Below, piece after piece: positions 44,537-54,350 of a stretch of DNA of 64,000 nucleotides. The DNA lies in NCBI GenBank assembly GCA_023393125.1, contig JAEWMQ010000059.1, forward strand, positions 1 through 64,000, read 5' to 3'. Origin of the DNA: Bacillota bacterium. GTDB taxonomy: Bacteria; Bacillota; Clostridia; Lachnospirales; Cellulosilyticaceae. Each line of letters opens with the position of its first letter. The first letter of the stretch is position 1. A model generated the notes under the pieces. The model was given only the letters and a program-made list of their open reading frames with translations. It had not been told where the DNA came from and ran no database searches. The position numbers and the translations under genes were made by a program.

Positions 44537-46513
44537 CTATTTACGTAACATTTGTTTAGCCTGATTTACTAGATTTTCTACTGCAAAGCCATACTTTTTA
44601 AATATAATACCAGCTGGTGCCGACTCACCAAAGGTATCTATAGAAATCACTTGTCCTTCAAGCCCTGTATACTTATGCCAACCGAAGCTAGAAGCTGCCT
44701 CTATCGCAATTCTCTTAGCTTTATTTTTGGGCAAGATAGACTCTTTATATTCTTTAGATTGCTTTTCAAATATATCTACAGATGCCATACTAATAGCACT
44801 TGCTTTAATACCTTCCTCAGCTAATACTTTAACTGCTTGTTCAACCAAATGTACTTCTGAACCTGTAGCAATTAAAAGAATTTCTGCTTCTTTTGGTGCT
44901 ACACCTCCTACGACATATGCACCTTTCTTAGCTTCTCCTCCTGACTTTTCAAGGAAAGGTAGATCTTGCCTTGAGAGCACAATAGCTACGGGTTCTGTTT
45001 TGCTATTTAATGCATACTCCCATGCCGCTACTGTTTCTTTTGCATCTGCTGGCCTAAAAGTTACAAGATTTGGTGTACTACGAAGCATTGCTAATTGCTC
45101 TATAGGTTGATGAGTTGGACCATCTTCTCCTACTCCTATGCTATCATGTGTTAATACATAAGTTACTGGTAGCCCCATAAGAGCTGCTAATCTCATCGGG
45201 TTCTTCATATAATCACTAAATACAAAGAAGGTTGAACAGAAAGTTTTAAGTCCACCGTGTAAAGTAATCCCATTTGCTATAGCTCCCATAGCATGCTCAC
45301 GAATACCAAAGTGGAGATTACGTCCTGAATAATCTTCACTACTAAAATCCCCCTTACCATTCATATAGGTCTTTGTAGAAGGAGCAAGGTCAGCAGAACC
45401 GCCTATTATATAATCCACTAATTCAGCTATATGATTAATCACTTCATACGAAGCTACACGTGTAGCCATTTTCTTACTTGTATCTTGATACTTGTCATAA
45501 ATATTTAGCTTTACTTCTTCTGGATTATGCCACTGCTCCCACTTCTTAGCACATTCAGGATAAGCTTTAGCATAGCTTTCAAATAGCTTGTGCCATTCTG
45601 CTTCTTTCTTAGCCCCCTCTTGGTTAAGCTCTTCGATATGAGCTTTTACTTCATCTTCTACAAAAAAGGCTTTGTTATGATGTTGTAGAAAATCTCTCAT
45701 TTCTGCTAAATTCTCTTGGCCTAATGGTTCACCATGTGCTGCAGCTTTTCCTTGTTTTTTAGGACAACCATATCCAATTTGTGTTTTAATTTCAATAAAA
45801 CTTGGTTTAGATGTATTAGCTTTAGCCATATATAATACTTTTTTAATAGCTTCTACATCATTGCCATCTTCCACTAAGAAGGTTTCAAAACCTTGTGCTT
45901 CAAAACGTGCTCTTACATTTTCTTTAAAAGCAATATTTGTACTACCTTCAATAGTAATATTATTTGAATCATAGAGTACAATAAGCTTACCTAATTTTAA
46001 TGTGCCTGCTAGAGACGCTGCTTCATAAGAAATACCTTCCATTAAACAACCATCTCCGACTAATGTATATGTATAATGATCTACAATAGGATAACCATCT
46101 CTATTAAACTCAGCGCTCAAGTGCTTTTCTGCCATTGCCATTCCTACTGCCATAGCAATCCCTTGTCCTAAAGGACCTGTTGTTGCTTCTATTCCAACGG
46201 TATGTCCATACTCTGGATGTCCTGGTGTTAAGCTTCCTTCTTGACGGAAATTTTTAAGTTCCTCTATTGTTAATCCATAATTAAATACATGTAATAAAGA
46301 GTATAATAAAGCTGAACCATGACCTGCTGAAAGAACGAAACGATCTCTATTTTCCCACTTTGGGTTTTTAGGATTATGTGCCATATCAGCCCATAAAGTA
46401 TATGCCATTGGTGCAGAACCTAAAGGTAATCCGGGATGTCCTGAGTTAGCTTGTTGAACAGCTTCTGCTGCTAATACACGAATAGTATTTATTGTCTTTT
46501 GTTCTACTTTCAT
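44537..46513 (-). CDS. tkt: Transketolase
   Basis: 658 aa. ThDP motifs …ANSGHPGLPLGSAPMAY…, GDGCLMEG, and a transketolase C-terminal domain. Confidence 0.95.
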   Translation of the reverse strand: MKVEQKTINTIRVLAAEAVQQANSGHPGLPLGSAPMAYTLWADMAHNPKNPKWENRDRFVLSAGHGSALLYSLLHVFNYGLTIEELKNFRQEGSLTPGHPEYGHTVGIEATTGPLGQGIAMAVGMAMAEKHLSAEFNRDGYPIVDHYTYTLVGDGCLMEGISYEAASLAGTLKLGKLIVLYDSNNITIEGSTNIAFKENVRARFEAQGFETFLVEDGNDVEAIKKVLYMAKANTSKPSFIEIKTQIGYGCPKKQGKAAAHGEPLGQENLAEMRDFLQHHNKAFFVEDEVKAHIEELNQEGAKKEAEWHKLFESYAKAYPECAKKWEQWHNPEEVKLNIYDKYQDTSKKMATRVASYEVINHIAELVDYIIGGSADLAPSTKTYMNGKGDFSSEDYSGRNLHFGIREHAMGAIANGITLHGGLKTFCSTFFVFSDYMKNPMRLAALMGLPVTYVLTHDSIGVGEDGPTHQPIEQLAMLRSTPNLVTFRPADAKETVAAWEYALNSKTEPVAIVLSRQDLPFLEKSGGEAKKGAYVVGGVAPKEAEILLIATGSEVHLVEQAVKVLAEEGIKASAISMASVDIFEKQSKEYKESILPKNKAKRIAIEAASSFGWHKYTGLEGQVISIDTFGESAPAGIIFKKYGFAVENLVNQAKQMLRK

Positions 46514-46638
46514 TTCCTACTTCCTTTCTCTAATAAAATTATCTAGATATCTTATCTGCAATTATCTCAGTTATTAATCTTTAAATATATGCATATGACC
46601 TTAAAAGAAAAGCCATATGCAAAATAAGGGGGCTATTG

Positions 46639-47292
46639 TTAGTTAAGCTTTTGTTCTAAACCTTCCCAATCTTTAAGGAATCTTTGAATCCCATTGTCTG
46701 TAAGTGGGTGTTTAGTCATTTGAATAATAACACCATAAGGAACAGTTGCAATATGCGCTCCTGCTTTTGCTGCATCTACTACGTGAAGCGGACTACGTAC
46801 ACTTGCTGCAATAATCTCCGTTTCAATTCCATGAATATCAAAGATCTCTGCAATGTCTCTTACTAACTGCATACCTTCTGCTCCTATGTCATCAAGTCTA
46901 CCTAAAAATGGACTAACATAAGTAGCTCCTGCTCTAGCTGCAAGTAATGCTTGTGCTGCTGAGAAAATTAAAGTTACATTTGTTTTAATACCTTTAGCAG
47001 TTAATTGTTTTGTTGCTTTTAAACCTTCTTCGGTCATAGGTAATTTAATAACAATATTTTTATGAATTTTAACAAGCTCTAATGCTTCTTCTACCATTGT
47101 AGGTGCTTCTAGTGAAATAACTTCTGCACTAATAGGTCCATCTACAATGTCTGTAATTTCTTTAATTACTGATTTAAATTCAAGCCCTTCACGAGCAATA
47201 AGAGAAGGGTTAGTTGTTACCCCACAGATTACACCTAAGTCGTTTGCCTTACGAATTTCCTCTGTATTAGCTGTGTCTACAAATAATTTCAT
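46639..47292 (-). CDS. tal: Transaldolase / fructose-6-phosphate aldolase (short TalC/Fsa type)
   Basis: 217 aa. [13 protein letters not shown]…GVTTNPSL… with a Schiff-base lysine context typical of the ~215-aa transaldolase subfamily. Confidence 0.9.
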   Translation of the reverse strand: MKLFVDTANTEEIRKANDLGVICGVTTNPSLIAREGLEFKSVIKEITDIVDGPISAEVISLEAPTMVEEALELVKIHKNIVIKLPMTEEGLKATKQLTAKGIKTNVTLIFSAAQALLAARAGATYVSPFLGRLDDIGAEGMQLVRDIAEIFDIHGIETEIIAASVRSPLHVVDAAKAGAHIATVPYGVIIQMTKHPLTDNGIQRFLKDWEGLEQKLN

Positions 47293-47545
47293 TTTAGTTC
47301 CTCCTAAATAGTTATATATAAAATTTTATTGATTCAAGCATTATGTTAGCACTTCATTATGTCGTTATGTTGTCCGTACAAGTTAAATATACTACTATAT
47401 TTAAATTTTTACAATAGTATATAATTATAAAATCAAAATAATTTTATCAATCATATTTAAATCTTCTTAAAAAAGTTTTCTCAGTTACTTTTTCCGCTAA
47501 AACATAACTTTATTCATAGGTTGCTATTTCTTATCCAATAAAAAA

Positions 47546-47600
47546 ATCACATAACAATTGCTGTATCATTTACAGTTACAATTGTTGTGTGATTTTTATT
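47546..47600. terminator. Bidirectional terminator (15-bp stem) after the GntR gene
   Basis: aaaaaATCACATAACAATTGctgtatcatttacagttaCAATTGTTGTGTGATttttatt. Confidence 0.75.
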
Positions 47601-47605
47601 ATTTA

Positions 47606-48385
47606 TTATCTATGTTGTTCAATATAAAATTGGAATTGATCTGAACGATAAATGGCTTCAAAATATTCTATTATAACCTCTTTCCCCTTCATATCTGCAT
47701 AAACCTGCCCTTTAAATAACATGACAGGTGCACCTTCTTTGATTTTAAGCTGAAGTGCTATTTCCTCGTTAGCTAGAATGGCTTCTACTGTTCGCATAGC
47801 CCTAGTAATGACTATTCCATAATCTTTTTCAATCACCTTATATAAAGATTCTTTATTGAAATCCACCTTTTCAATACCTGGTACAAGGTGATAGGGAATA
47901 TGACTCTTGTTTTTATTAATAGGGGTTTCATCTCCATAAATAACACGTTCCATGTAAAAAGTCTCTTGCTCTTGATTCATTTCTAACATCTTTGCTACTC
48001 GTTTTGATGGTTTTTCTATAATGGCTTTTAATACATAAGGTTTTGGTTCTAGACCATAACGCCTAATATCTTCACTACAACCAGATAGTTTAATAAGTCC
48101 TTGCTCAAAACCACGTCCTTTTACAAAAGTTCCTTTACCTTGCTTTTTATATAAGTATCCCTCATTAACGAGTTCATCAATAGCTTTTCTAACTGTGGTA
48201 CGACTCAAGTTATAAGTCTGCATAAGCTTAGGTTCAGAAGGTATACACTCATCTACACCGATTTCTTCATTTTCAATCATATCAATAATAATATTTTTTA
48301 ATTGATAGTACATAGGTAAAAAGTTGTTTTGAATTTGCATATGGCACCTTTTCCTCGTCCGTAGTATTATATTATATCGTTTCAT
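47606..48385 (-). CDS. GntR-family transcriptional regulator (HTH + UTRA effector domain; HutC-like)
   Basis: 259 aa in the longest ORF. The more likely start is MQIQNNF… at 48340. GntR wHTH (…YNLSRTTVRKAIDELVNEGYL…). C-terminal UTRA fold. Confidence 0.8.
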   Translation of the reverse strand: MKRYNIILRTRKRCHMQIQNNFLPMYYQLKNIIIDMIENEEIGVDECIPSEPKLMQTYNLSRTTVRKAIDELVNEGYLYKKQGKGTFVKGRGFEQGLIKLSGCSEDIRRYGLEPKPYVLKAIIEKPSKRVAKMLEMNQEQETFYMERVIYGDETPINKNKSHIPYHLVPGIEKVDFNKESLYKVIEKDYGIVITRAMRTVEAILANEEIALQLKIKEGAPVMLFKGQVYADMKGKEVIIEYFEAIYRSDQFQFYIEQHR

Positions 48386-48585
48386 CTATTATACCATATT
48401 GTAACTATTCAGTGACCATAATTTCAGGACCAATGAATGATTAAAAATGAAGAATTGTTAATTAAAATCTTGACTTCTCATAATTATAAGGAATGCTTTT
48501 CTTTTATTATATCTAGTTAACTCTTAATAAACAATGAAACCCTAGCTAAATAACGATTAAGTATCTTTAACTATGGTTTTATTAT

Positions 48586-50394
48586 TTACTTTATAATTCC
48601 TACCATTCTTAGTAAATATTTCGCATTAGTAGTCTTACAACGACCTTTTTGAAGCTGATAGTCAAACTGTATTTCATTATCTTTATAATGCTCTGTAAAG
48701 TGGTAGTTATAAGCCTCTCTTTTGCTACTACTTTCAATTTCACATAGTTCAAAGTCATGAGTGCTTACCATTACTGTAATCCATGGCTTTTCCAGAGCAT
48801 GGATGGTTTCTGTAGCACCTAATATACGGTCAGCTGAATTCGTACCCTTAAAAATCTCATCAATTAATACAAGCATCGGCCTCTTGAATTCTGCTAAGGT
48901 AATCATTTGTTTAATACGTAATAACTCGGCATAAAAAGTGGAAATGCCTTCATTAACATTATCTTCAATGCGCATAGAAGTCAGTACTTCCATGCGCGCA
49001 GCTTCAAATTTAGTTGCTAGTACAGGTGCTCCTGCATATGCTAAGGCTAAGTTAATGCCTATTGTCCTTAAAAAAGTTGTTTTCCCTGACATGTTAGATC
49101 CTGTGATAATACAGGTAGCATTTCTTAACTCTAGTGCATTACCTACAGCTACTTGTTCTTGTATTAAAGGGTGTTTTAACTTAGAAAAATTAATATAAGG
49201 CTCTTTAGCTTCCTTTATTTGTGGGAAAACATAAGCTTCTTTTACTTCCCCTATTACCGCCAAGCTTAGAAGAGCCTCCATCTCACCCATTACCTTTAAC
49301 CAACGGCGAATAGATTTACCATATTGTTTATGCCACATGTAGTAGGCATCCATACAATGAAAATCCCACATCAAAGTACTGCCTAAAATCATATAACCTA
49401 AGCCATTAAATCTTACTTTTAAAGCTTCTGTTAATTGTTTAAGTCCCTTTAAAGCCTTCTTTGGACCACCCTGATCACATAAGTTTTTTTGCAATTCCTT
49501 TAAATAATCACATTTAAAGGAATTGCTCTCCATAGCATAAAGAAAAGCTTCGTAAGCCTTTATGTTTTGGCTAAACTTAATAATTGGCTCAAATATCATA
49601 TGATGCTTCCTATAGTAAAAAGCACTTAACCCTATCTGCGCTACTATACCAAGACTTCCTAGTAAATTAGTAAGTGGCGTTTGTCTATGCATAGCAATTA
49701 GAACACCAGAAAAAAGTACAATAAAAGGGAGTACTAGTGCTAGACTCTTCATTACTATACTCTGCTTCTTACCTTCCCCTTCAGCTAATTCCACAAAGGC
49801 TTCCATGGTTTGAAGTTCTATACCTTCTTCATTCTTTCCAATCATTTGGCTTAAAGTCTGAAGATGTAAGGCAAATGCTTCATCATTAAGTAGCTCTTTA
49901 ATAGCTTCTTGCCTTCTAGCAATTTGTTCATGTTTGACGCCTTGGACTAATGCTTTTGCTAATGCTTCTTTCCCATAAGGCGTATGTCCAACACAAATAT
50001 ACTGAAATAAAGAACCTTTACCTAATATATCTAAATCCTTCGTTCTAGGAATATCTTGTGTAATATAATCTTTTCCATCCTCTTTAAAACCTAACCACTC
50101 TTGTCCTAGACGTTTTACATAATCTTCTACCACTTCTTTTTTAGCTGTTTCATACTGTTTTTGGCCTTTTAGCTTATTATAATGTCTCACTAAACCAATA
50201 AAAGCTAGAAAAAGTAAAATAGCTATAACATAGTAGAAACTATGCTTGAGCTCAAAACCTGCTACTATACTTCCTACTCCTAATACAAAGCTCCCTACTC
50301 TCAGCCATCCTATTGTATTTAATTGATGTTCTAGGATCGTTAGTCCCTTATCTATCTGTTCTATATAAGATAAATATTTTTGTTTTTTCATCAA
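48586..50394 (-). CDS. Membrane-associated MutS-domain-V ATPase (MutS-related, no mismatch-binding domain)
   Basis: 602 aa. N-terminal TM helices. C-terminal MutS ATPase: Walker A ITGSNMSGKTTFLRTIG, MutS signature …STFYAELLRI…, Walker B LVLIDEIFKGTNS, STHD. Confidence 0.75.
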   Translation of the reverse strand: MMKKQKYLSYIEQIDKGLTILEHQLNTIGWLRVGSFVLGVGSIVAGFELKHSFYYVIAILLFLAFIGLVRHYNKLKGQKQYETAKKEVVEDYVKRLGQEWLGFKEDGKDYITQDIPRTKDLDILGKGSLFQYICVGHTPYGKEALAKALVQGVKHEQIARRQEAIKELLNDEAFALHLQTLSQMIGKNEEGIELQTMEAFVELAEGEGKKQSIVMKSLALVLPFIVLFSGVLIAMHRQTPLTNLLGSLGIVAQIGLSAFYYRKHHMIFEPIIKFSQNIKAYEAFLYAMESNSFKCDYLKELQKNLCDQGGPKKALKGLKQLTEALKVRFNGLGYMILGSTLMWDFHCMDAYYMWHKQYGKSIRRWLKVMGEMEALLSLAVIGEVKEAYVFPQIKEAKEPYINFSKLKHPLIQEQVAVGNALELRNATCIITGSNMSGKTTFLRTIGINLALAYAGAPVLATKFEAARMEVLTSMRIEDNVNEGISTFYAELLRIKQMITLAEFKRPMLVLIDEIFKGTNSADRILGATETIHALEKPWITVMVSTHDFELCEIESSSKREAYNYHFTEHYKDNEIQFDYQLQKGRCKTTNAKYLLRMVGIIK

Positions 50395-50675
50395 ACCCTC
50401 CTATTTACACTTCATTTATCCCACTAGAAGTAATTATTTCACAATCTTATTATATTTTAAACACTTCCTTTCACTTTTCATAGCAATATTGGTAAAATAA
50501 TATTAGTACTAGTACCTTACAAAGTATAGATGTATAAAATTAAACAAGTTTTTATGCTTCTTTTAAAAAGTTATTTATTAATACATTGACCACTATTCCG
50601 AATTATATTAACATCTAGTTGTAAATAGCTTTTTAATCAAGTCTTAACTATATTTATAAGGAGGCAATACTAATC

Positions 50676-52817
50676 ATGATTCAAAACACTTTATTACATG
50701 CACAAAAATTAGTTTCGCAAATGACTATTCAAGAAAAAATAACCCAGATGCTTTATCAATCTCCAGCTATAGAGCGTCTCGGTATTCCTGCCTATAATTG
50801 GTGGAATGAAGCCTTACATGGTGTAGCACGTGCCGGTACTGCTACCATGTTTCCTCAAGCCATTGGTATGGCTGCCACCTTCGATGAAAACTTACTTTAC
50901 CAAGTAGCAGATATAGTATCTACTGAGGGACGTGCCAAGTTTAATGCTTTTTCTAAAAAAGGGGATCGTGATATTTATAAAGGCATTACTTTCTGGGCAC
51001 CTAATATTAATATTTTCAGAGACCCTAGATGGGGACGTGGTCATGAAACATTTGGTGAAGATCCTTTTTTAACATCTAGACTTGGTATCGCTTATATTAA
51101 AGGACTTCAAGGTGAGGACAGAGAGCATCTAAAAACAACCGCTTGTGCAAAGCACTTTGCCGTTCACAGTGGACCAGAAGGTATTCGTCATAGCTTCAAT
51201 GCTGTTGTAAATAAGAAAGATTTATATGATACTTATCTTTATGCATTTAAAAGATGTGTTCAAGAGGGCGAAGTAGAAGCTGTTATGGGTGCATATAATA
51301 GAGTGAATGGAGAACCTGCATGTGGAAGTAAAACACTTCTTCAAGATATTTTACGAGATGATTGGCACTTTAAAGGACATGTTGTATCTGATTGCTGGGC
51401 TATACTAGATTTCCATGAGCATCATCATGTCACTTCTACTGTAGTTGAATCAGCTGCTATGGCCGTTAATAATGGATGTGATTTAAACTGTGGTAGTGCT
51501 TTCCTTCACTTATATGCAGCTTACGAACAAGGTTTAGTAACTGAAGAAGCTATTGATCAAGCTGTTATTAGACTTGTAGACACACGTATTCGATTAGGTA
51601 TGCTTCATGATTATCCTTCTCCATATGAAGATACACCATATGAACTTGTTGAATGCAAAGAACATATCAAGCTTTCTTTAGATGTGGCTAAACGAAGTGT
51701 TGTTCTCCTTAAAAATGATGGTTTACTTCCTTTGAAGAAAGAAAACCTTAAGTCTATTGCTGTTATTGGGCCTAATGCCAATTCAAGGGATGGTCTTATA
51801 GGAAACTATGTAGGTACTTCTTCTGAATATATTACGCCACTTGAAGGTATTAAAAATTATGTTGGCGATGATATGAGAGTATATTATGCTCAAGGTACTC
51901 ACCTTTATAAAGACAAAGTAGAGTGCTTAGCAGAAAGTAAAGACCGTTTTGCTGAAGCTATTTTAGCTGCTGAAATGGCTGATGTTGTTGTGATGTGCTT
52001 AGGCTTAGATGCTACCATTGAAGGCGAGCAGGGTGACGCTGGTAATGAATATGCGAGTGGTGATAAATTTGACCTTAACTTACCTGGTAATCAGCAAGAA
52101 TTGCTAGAAGCTGTACATGCTGTAGGGAAACCAGTTATTCTCCTTCTCTCCTCCGGTAGTGCTTTAGCTGTTAAGTGGGCTGATGAAAATGTTAATGCTA
52201 TTTTACAAACTTGGTACATAGGTGCTCGTGGTGGTAAGGCCATTACGGAATTATTATTTGGTGAGTCTTCTCCTTCTGGTAAACTTCCTATTACTTTCTA
52301 TAACTCAACAGATGAACTTCCTGACTTTGAGGATTATTCTATGACTAATAGAACTTATCGCTATATGAATTATCCTGCTTTATATCCATTTGGTTATGGA
52401 TTAACCTATACTAATATAGATTACAGTAATAGCTATCTCAATAAAACTACTATTTCTACAAAAGAAGACCTCACTGTAACAACAACTATTACTAATTCAG
52501 GCAAATATGCAATTCAAGAAAGTATACAAATTTATATTAAAGATTTAGAATCAAACACTGTTGTTCCAAATTATGCCCTTAAAGGAGTAGGTATAGTTGA
52601 CTTAGCACCTGGTGAATCAAAAGACTTTTCTTATGTCATAAAACCTAGAGACCTAGCGCTTATTAATGATGAAGGTGAATGTTGGTTAGAACCTGGTAAA
52701 TTCACACTTTATATTGGTGGCGGACAGCCTGATGCTCGTACTAAGGCACTTACTGGTCATACCATTGATGCTTTAAACTTTGAAGTAACTGGTAATGCCT
52801 GTCAATTAGAATATTAA
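50676..52817 (+). CDS. Glycoside hydrolase family 3 (beta-glucosidase/beta-xylosidase, BglX-like) with C-terminal Fn3-like domain
   Basis: 713 aa. GH3 motifs (…GFKGHVVSDCWA…, …KHFAVHSGPE…). Confidence 0.9.
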   Translation: MIQNTLLHAQKLVSQMTIQEKITQMLYQSPAIERLGIPAYNWWNEALHGVARAGTATMFPQAIGMAATFDENLLYQVADIVSTEGRAKFNAFSKKGDRDIYKGITFWAPNINIFRDPRWGRGHETFGEDPFLTSRLGIAYIKGLQGEDREHLKTTACAKHFAVHSGPEGIRHSFNAVVNKKDLYDTYLYAFKRCVQEGEVEAVMGAYNRVNGEPACGSKTLLQDILRDDWHFKGHVVSDCWAILDFHEHHHVTSTVVESAAMAVNNGCDLNCGSAFLHLYAAYEQGLVTEEAIDQAVIRLVDTRIRLGMLHDYPSPYEDTPYELVECKEHIKLSLDVAKRSVVLLKNDGLLPLKKENLKSIAVIGPNANSRDGLIGNYVGTSSEYITPLEGIKNYVGDDMRVYYAQGTHLYKDKVECLAESKDRFAEAILAAEMADVVVMCLGLDATIEGEQGDAGNEYASGDKFDLNLPGNQQELLEAVHAVGKPVILLLSSGSALAVKWADENVNAILQTWYIGARGGKAITELLFGESSPSGKLPITFYNSTDELPDFEDYSMTNRTYRYMNYPALYPFGYGLTYTNIDYSNSYLNKTTISTKEDLTVTTTITNSGKYAIQESIQIYIKDLESNTVVPNYALKGVGIVDLAPGESKDFSYVIKPRDLALINDEGECWLEPGKFTLYIGGGQPDARTKALTGHTIDALNFEVTGNACQLEY

Positions 52818-52872
52818 TCTTGTCTATATTTCATTGAATAAGAATTATGAAAATGTCACTCTTATTTACAAA

Positions 52873-52908
52873 AAGGAAGCTGTCATAAATGACAAGCTTC
52901 CTTTTTAT
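52873..52908. terminator. Bidirectional terminator between convergent genes
   Basis: aaaaaGGAAGCTGTCAtaaaTGACAAGCTTCCttttt. Confidence 0.75.
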
Positions 52909-52934
52909 ACAAATCTCTATTTACTCTAAGTCTA

Positions 52935-53606
52935 TTAATACCCTTTATAGTCTTCTACCTTATGAGTGGAAATAACTTTATTATTAATCTCTAACTCATA
53001 CGTCTCAAACTTTCCTTGTTTTATTGTTTTAAATGCATCTATGTAGGTCTTACACATATCACTCACTTGAATATCTTTTTGAGTGTAGATGTGATCTTCT
53101 TCTTTTAGATATCTAATAATTTTGATTCCCCAATCAGAGTCGACTTCATAAATCTCCTGAAGTATTCTTTCTATCATTTTCTTTGCACTTCCAAAGGTAG
53201 TAGTATTTCTTCCATTATCTTCATAAAATCCTTCAGAAGAGCTAAACAAAATTTTCTTAACATGATATCTAGCCATTACTTGGCATAATACTAACGTACT
53301 AGTTAGATTAGTATAATAATAATCTATAGGTTTATTCTTATATTCTCCTACACACTTAATACCAGCGAAATGAATAACCCCTTCTATCTCATTTTCCCTA
53401 AAAATGCGTTCTACCAATTCTTTATTGCCTAAATCCATGGCATAAAACTTAATTTTATCTAGTGCTTGTTCTTGAATACGATGAATACGATTAACATCAG
53501 ATGTTAAAAAATTATCTACTACTATTACCTCATACCCCTGTTTTATAAGTTCTGAGCATATATTAGAACCCGTGTAACCTGCTCCTCCTGTAACCAAAAT
53601 CGCCAT
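52935..53606 (-). pseudogene. Degenerate/truncated NAD-dependent epimerase (GalE-like) lacking catalytic Tyr
   Basis: 223 aa. N-terminal Rossmann MAILVTGGAGYTGS…VVDN is intact. The catalytic YGKSK of GalE is replaced by FGSAKK. The C-terminal ~100 aa substrate domain is absent or diverged. Confidence 0.5.
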
Positions 53607-53796
53607 AATATCATCTCTCCTTTACTTAATTTTGAAGATAATCAGTGACTCAAAAGTGATTTTCAATCAATATTAGATAAATACCTTGTCCTTTTTATTT
53701 TATTAACAAAACTTCGTTTCCTCAACCCAACAAATTGCATAATAAACCCTATTAATTACTAGTGATATCTTATAAATCACATGATATGCTTTAATT

Positions 53797-54286
53797 TTAA
53801 AGTTTAGTATATCCTGGTTTCAGCTCTATCGCTCGTCCTTCATACTCTGCCCAAACAGAAATATCGGCATTATTAATATACATTTTTCCATCTGTACTTA
53901 CTGTAATATGACGCATTGCATTAATATAGTGCTCAATTTCTAAATTAGTTGCATACCATACATCCTCTTGAAAGATACTCCATATAACCTTCAAGAGTTC
54001 TCCTATCTTCCCATATTTCATTAATCATCTGCTCTTTTGTAAGCTGTACTAAATATTTATGATTTTTCCCATGACAAGCTACTTCATGTCCTTCGTACAA
54101 CACTTGTAATTGACTACTTTTCACAAACCCATCTTTGTTTAGTGTTCCTGAGTTTAAATGAAAGGTTCCTTTTAATTTGTGTTTATTAAATATCTCAACT
54201 AAGCGTTCATCATATACTTGTCCATCATCATAACTAAAAGTAAGTGCTTTTCTTTTTGCTTCAGGATATAAAAAATCAAAACTCAT
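53797..54286 (-). pseudogene. Frameshifted polysaccharide deacetylase (NodB-domain) gene
   Basis: Two overlapping ORFs in different frames (53945-54286 and 53797-54021). The N-terminal part has TFSYDDG and H…H NodB motifs. The C-terminal part continues the fold. The frame breaks near 53985. Confidence 0.6.
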
Positions 54287-54350
54287 CTTAATCTCCCCTA
54301 AAAAATATAGTTATTTTTTATTAATATCAAATCCAATTATACTATATCAT

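Noticed and set aside
3920-49198. Numerous 60-130-aa ORFs antisense to large genes
   Set aside because: Examples are 3920-4264, 8242-8493, 24572-25216, 25370-25633, 26943-27435, 28946-29128, 30240-30470, 34125-34340, 40788-41051, 41644-41877, 41977-42186, 43278-43472, 44727-45110, 46684-46866 and 48938-49198. All lie within or antisense to strongly supported CDSs and have low-complexity translations, so they are treated as noise.
53797-54286. Two separate small CDSs (113 aa and 74 aa)
   Set aside because: They overlap by 77 nt in different frames and together reconstitute one NodB-type deacetylase. They are interpreted as a single frameshifted gene, not two genes.
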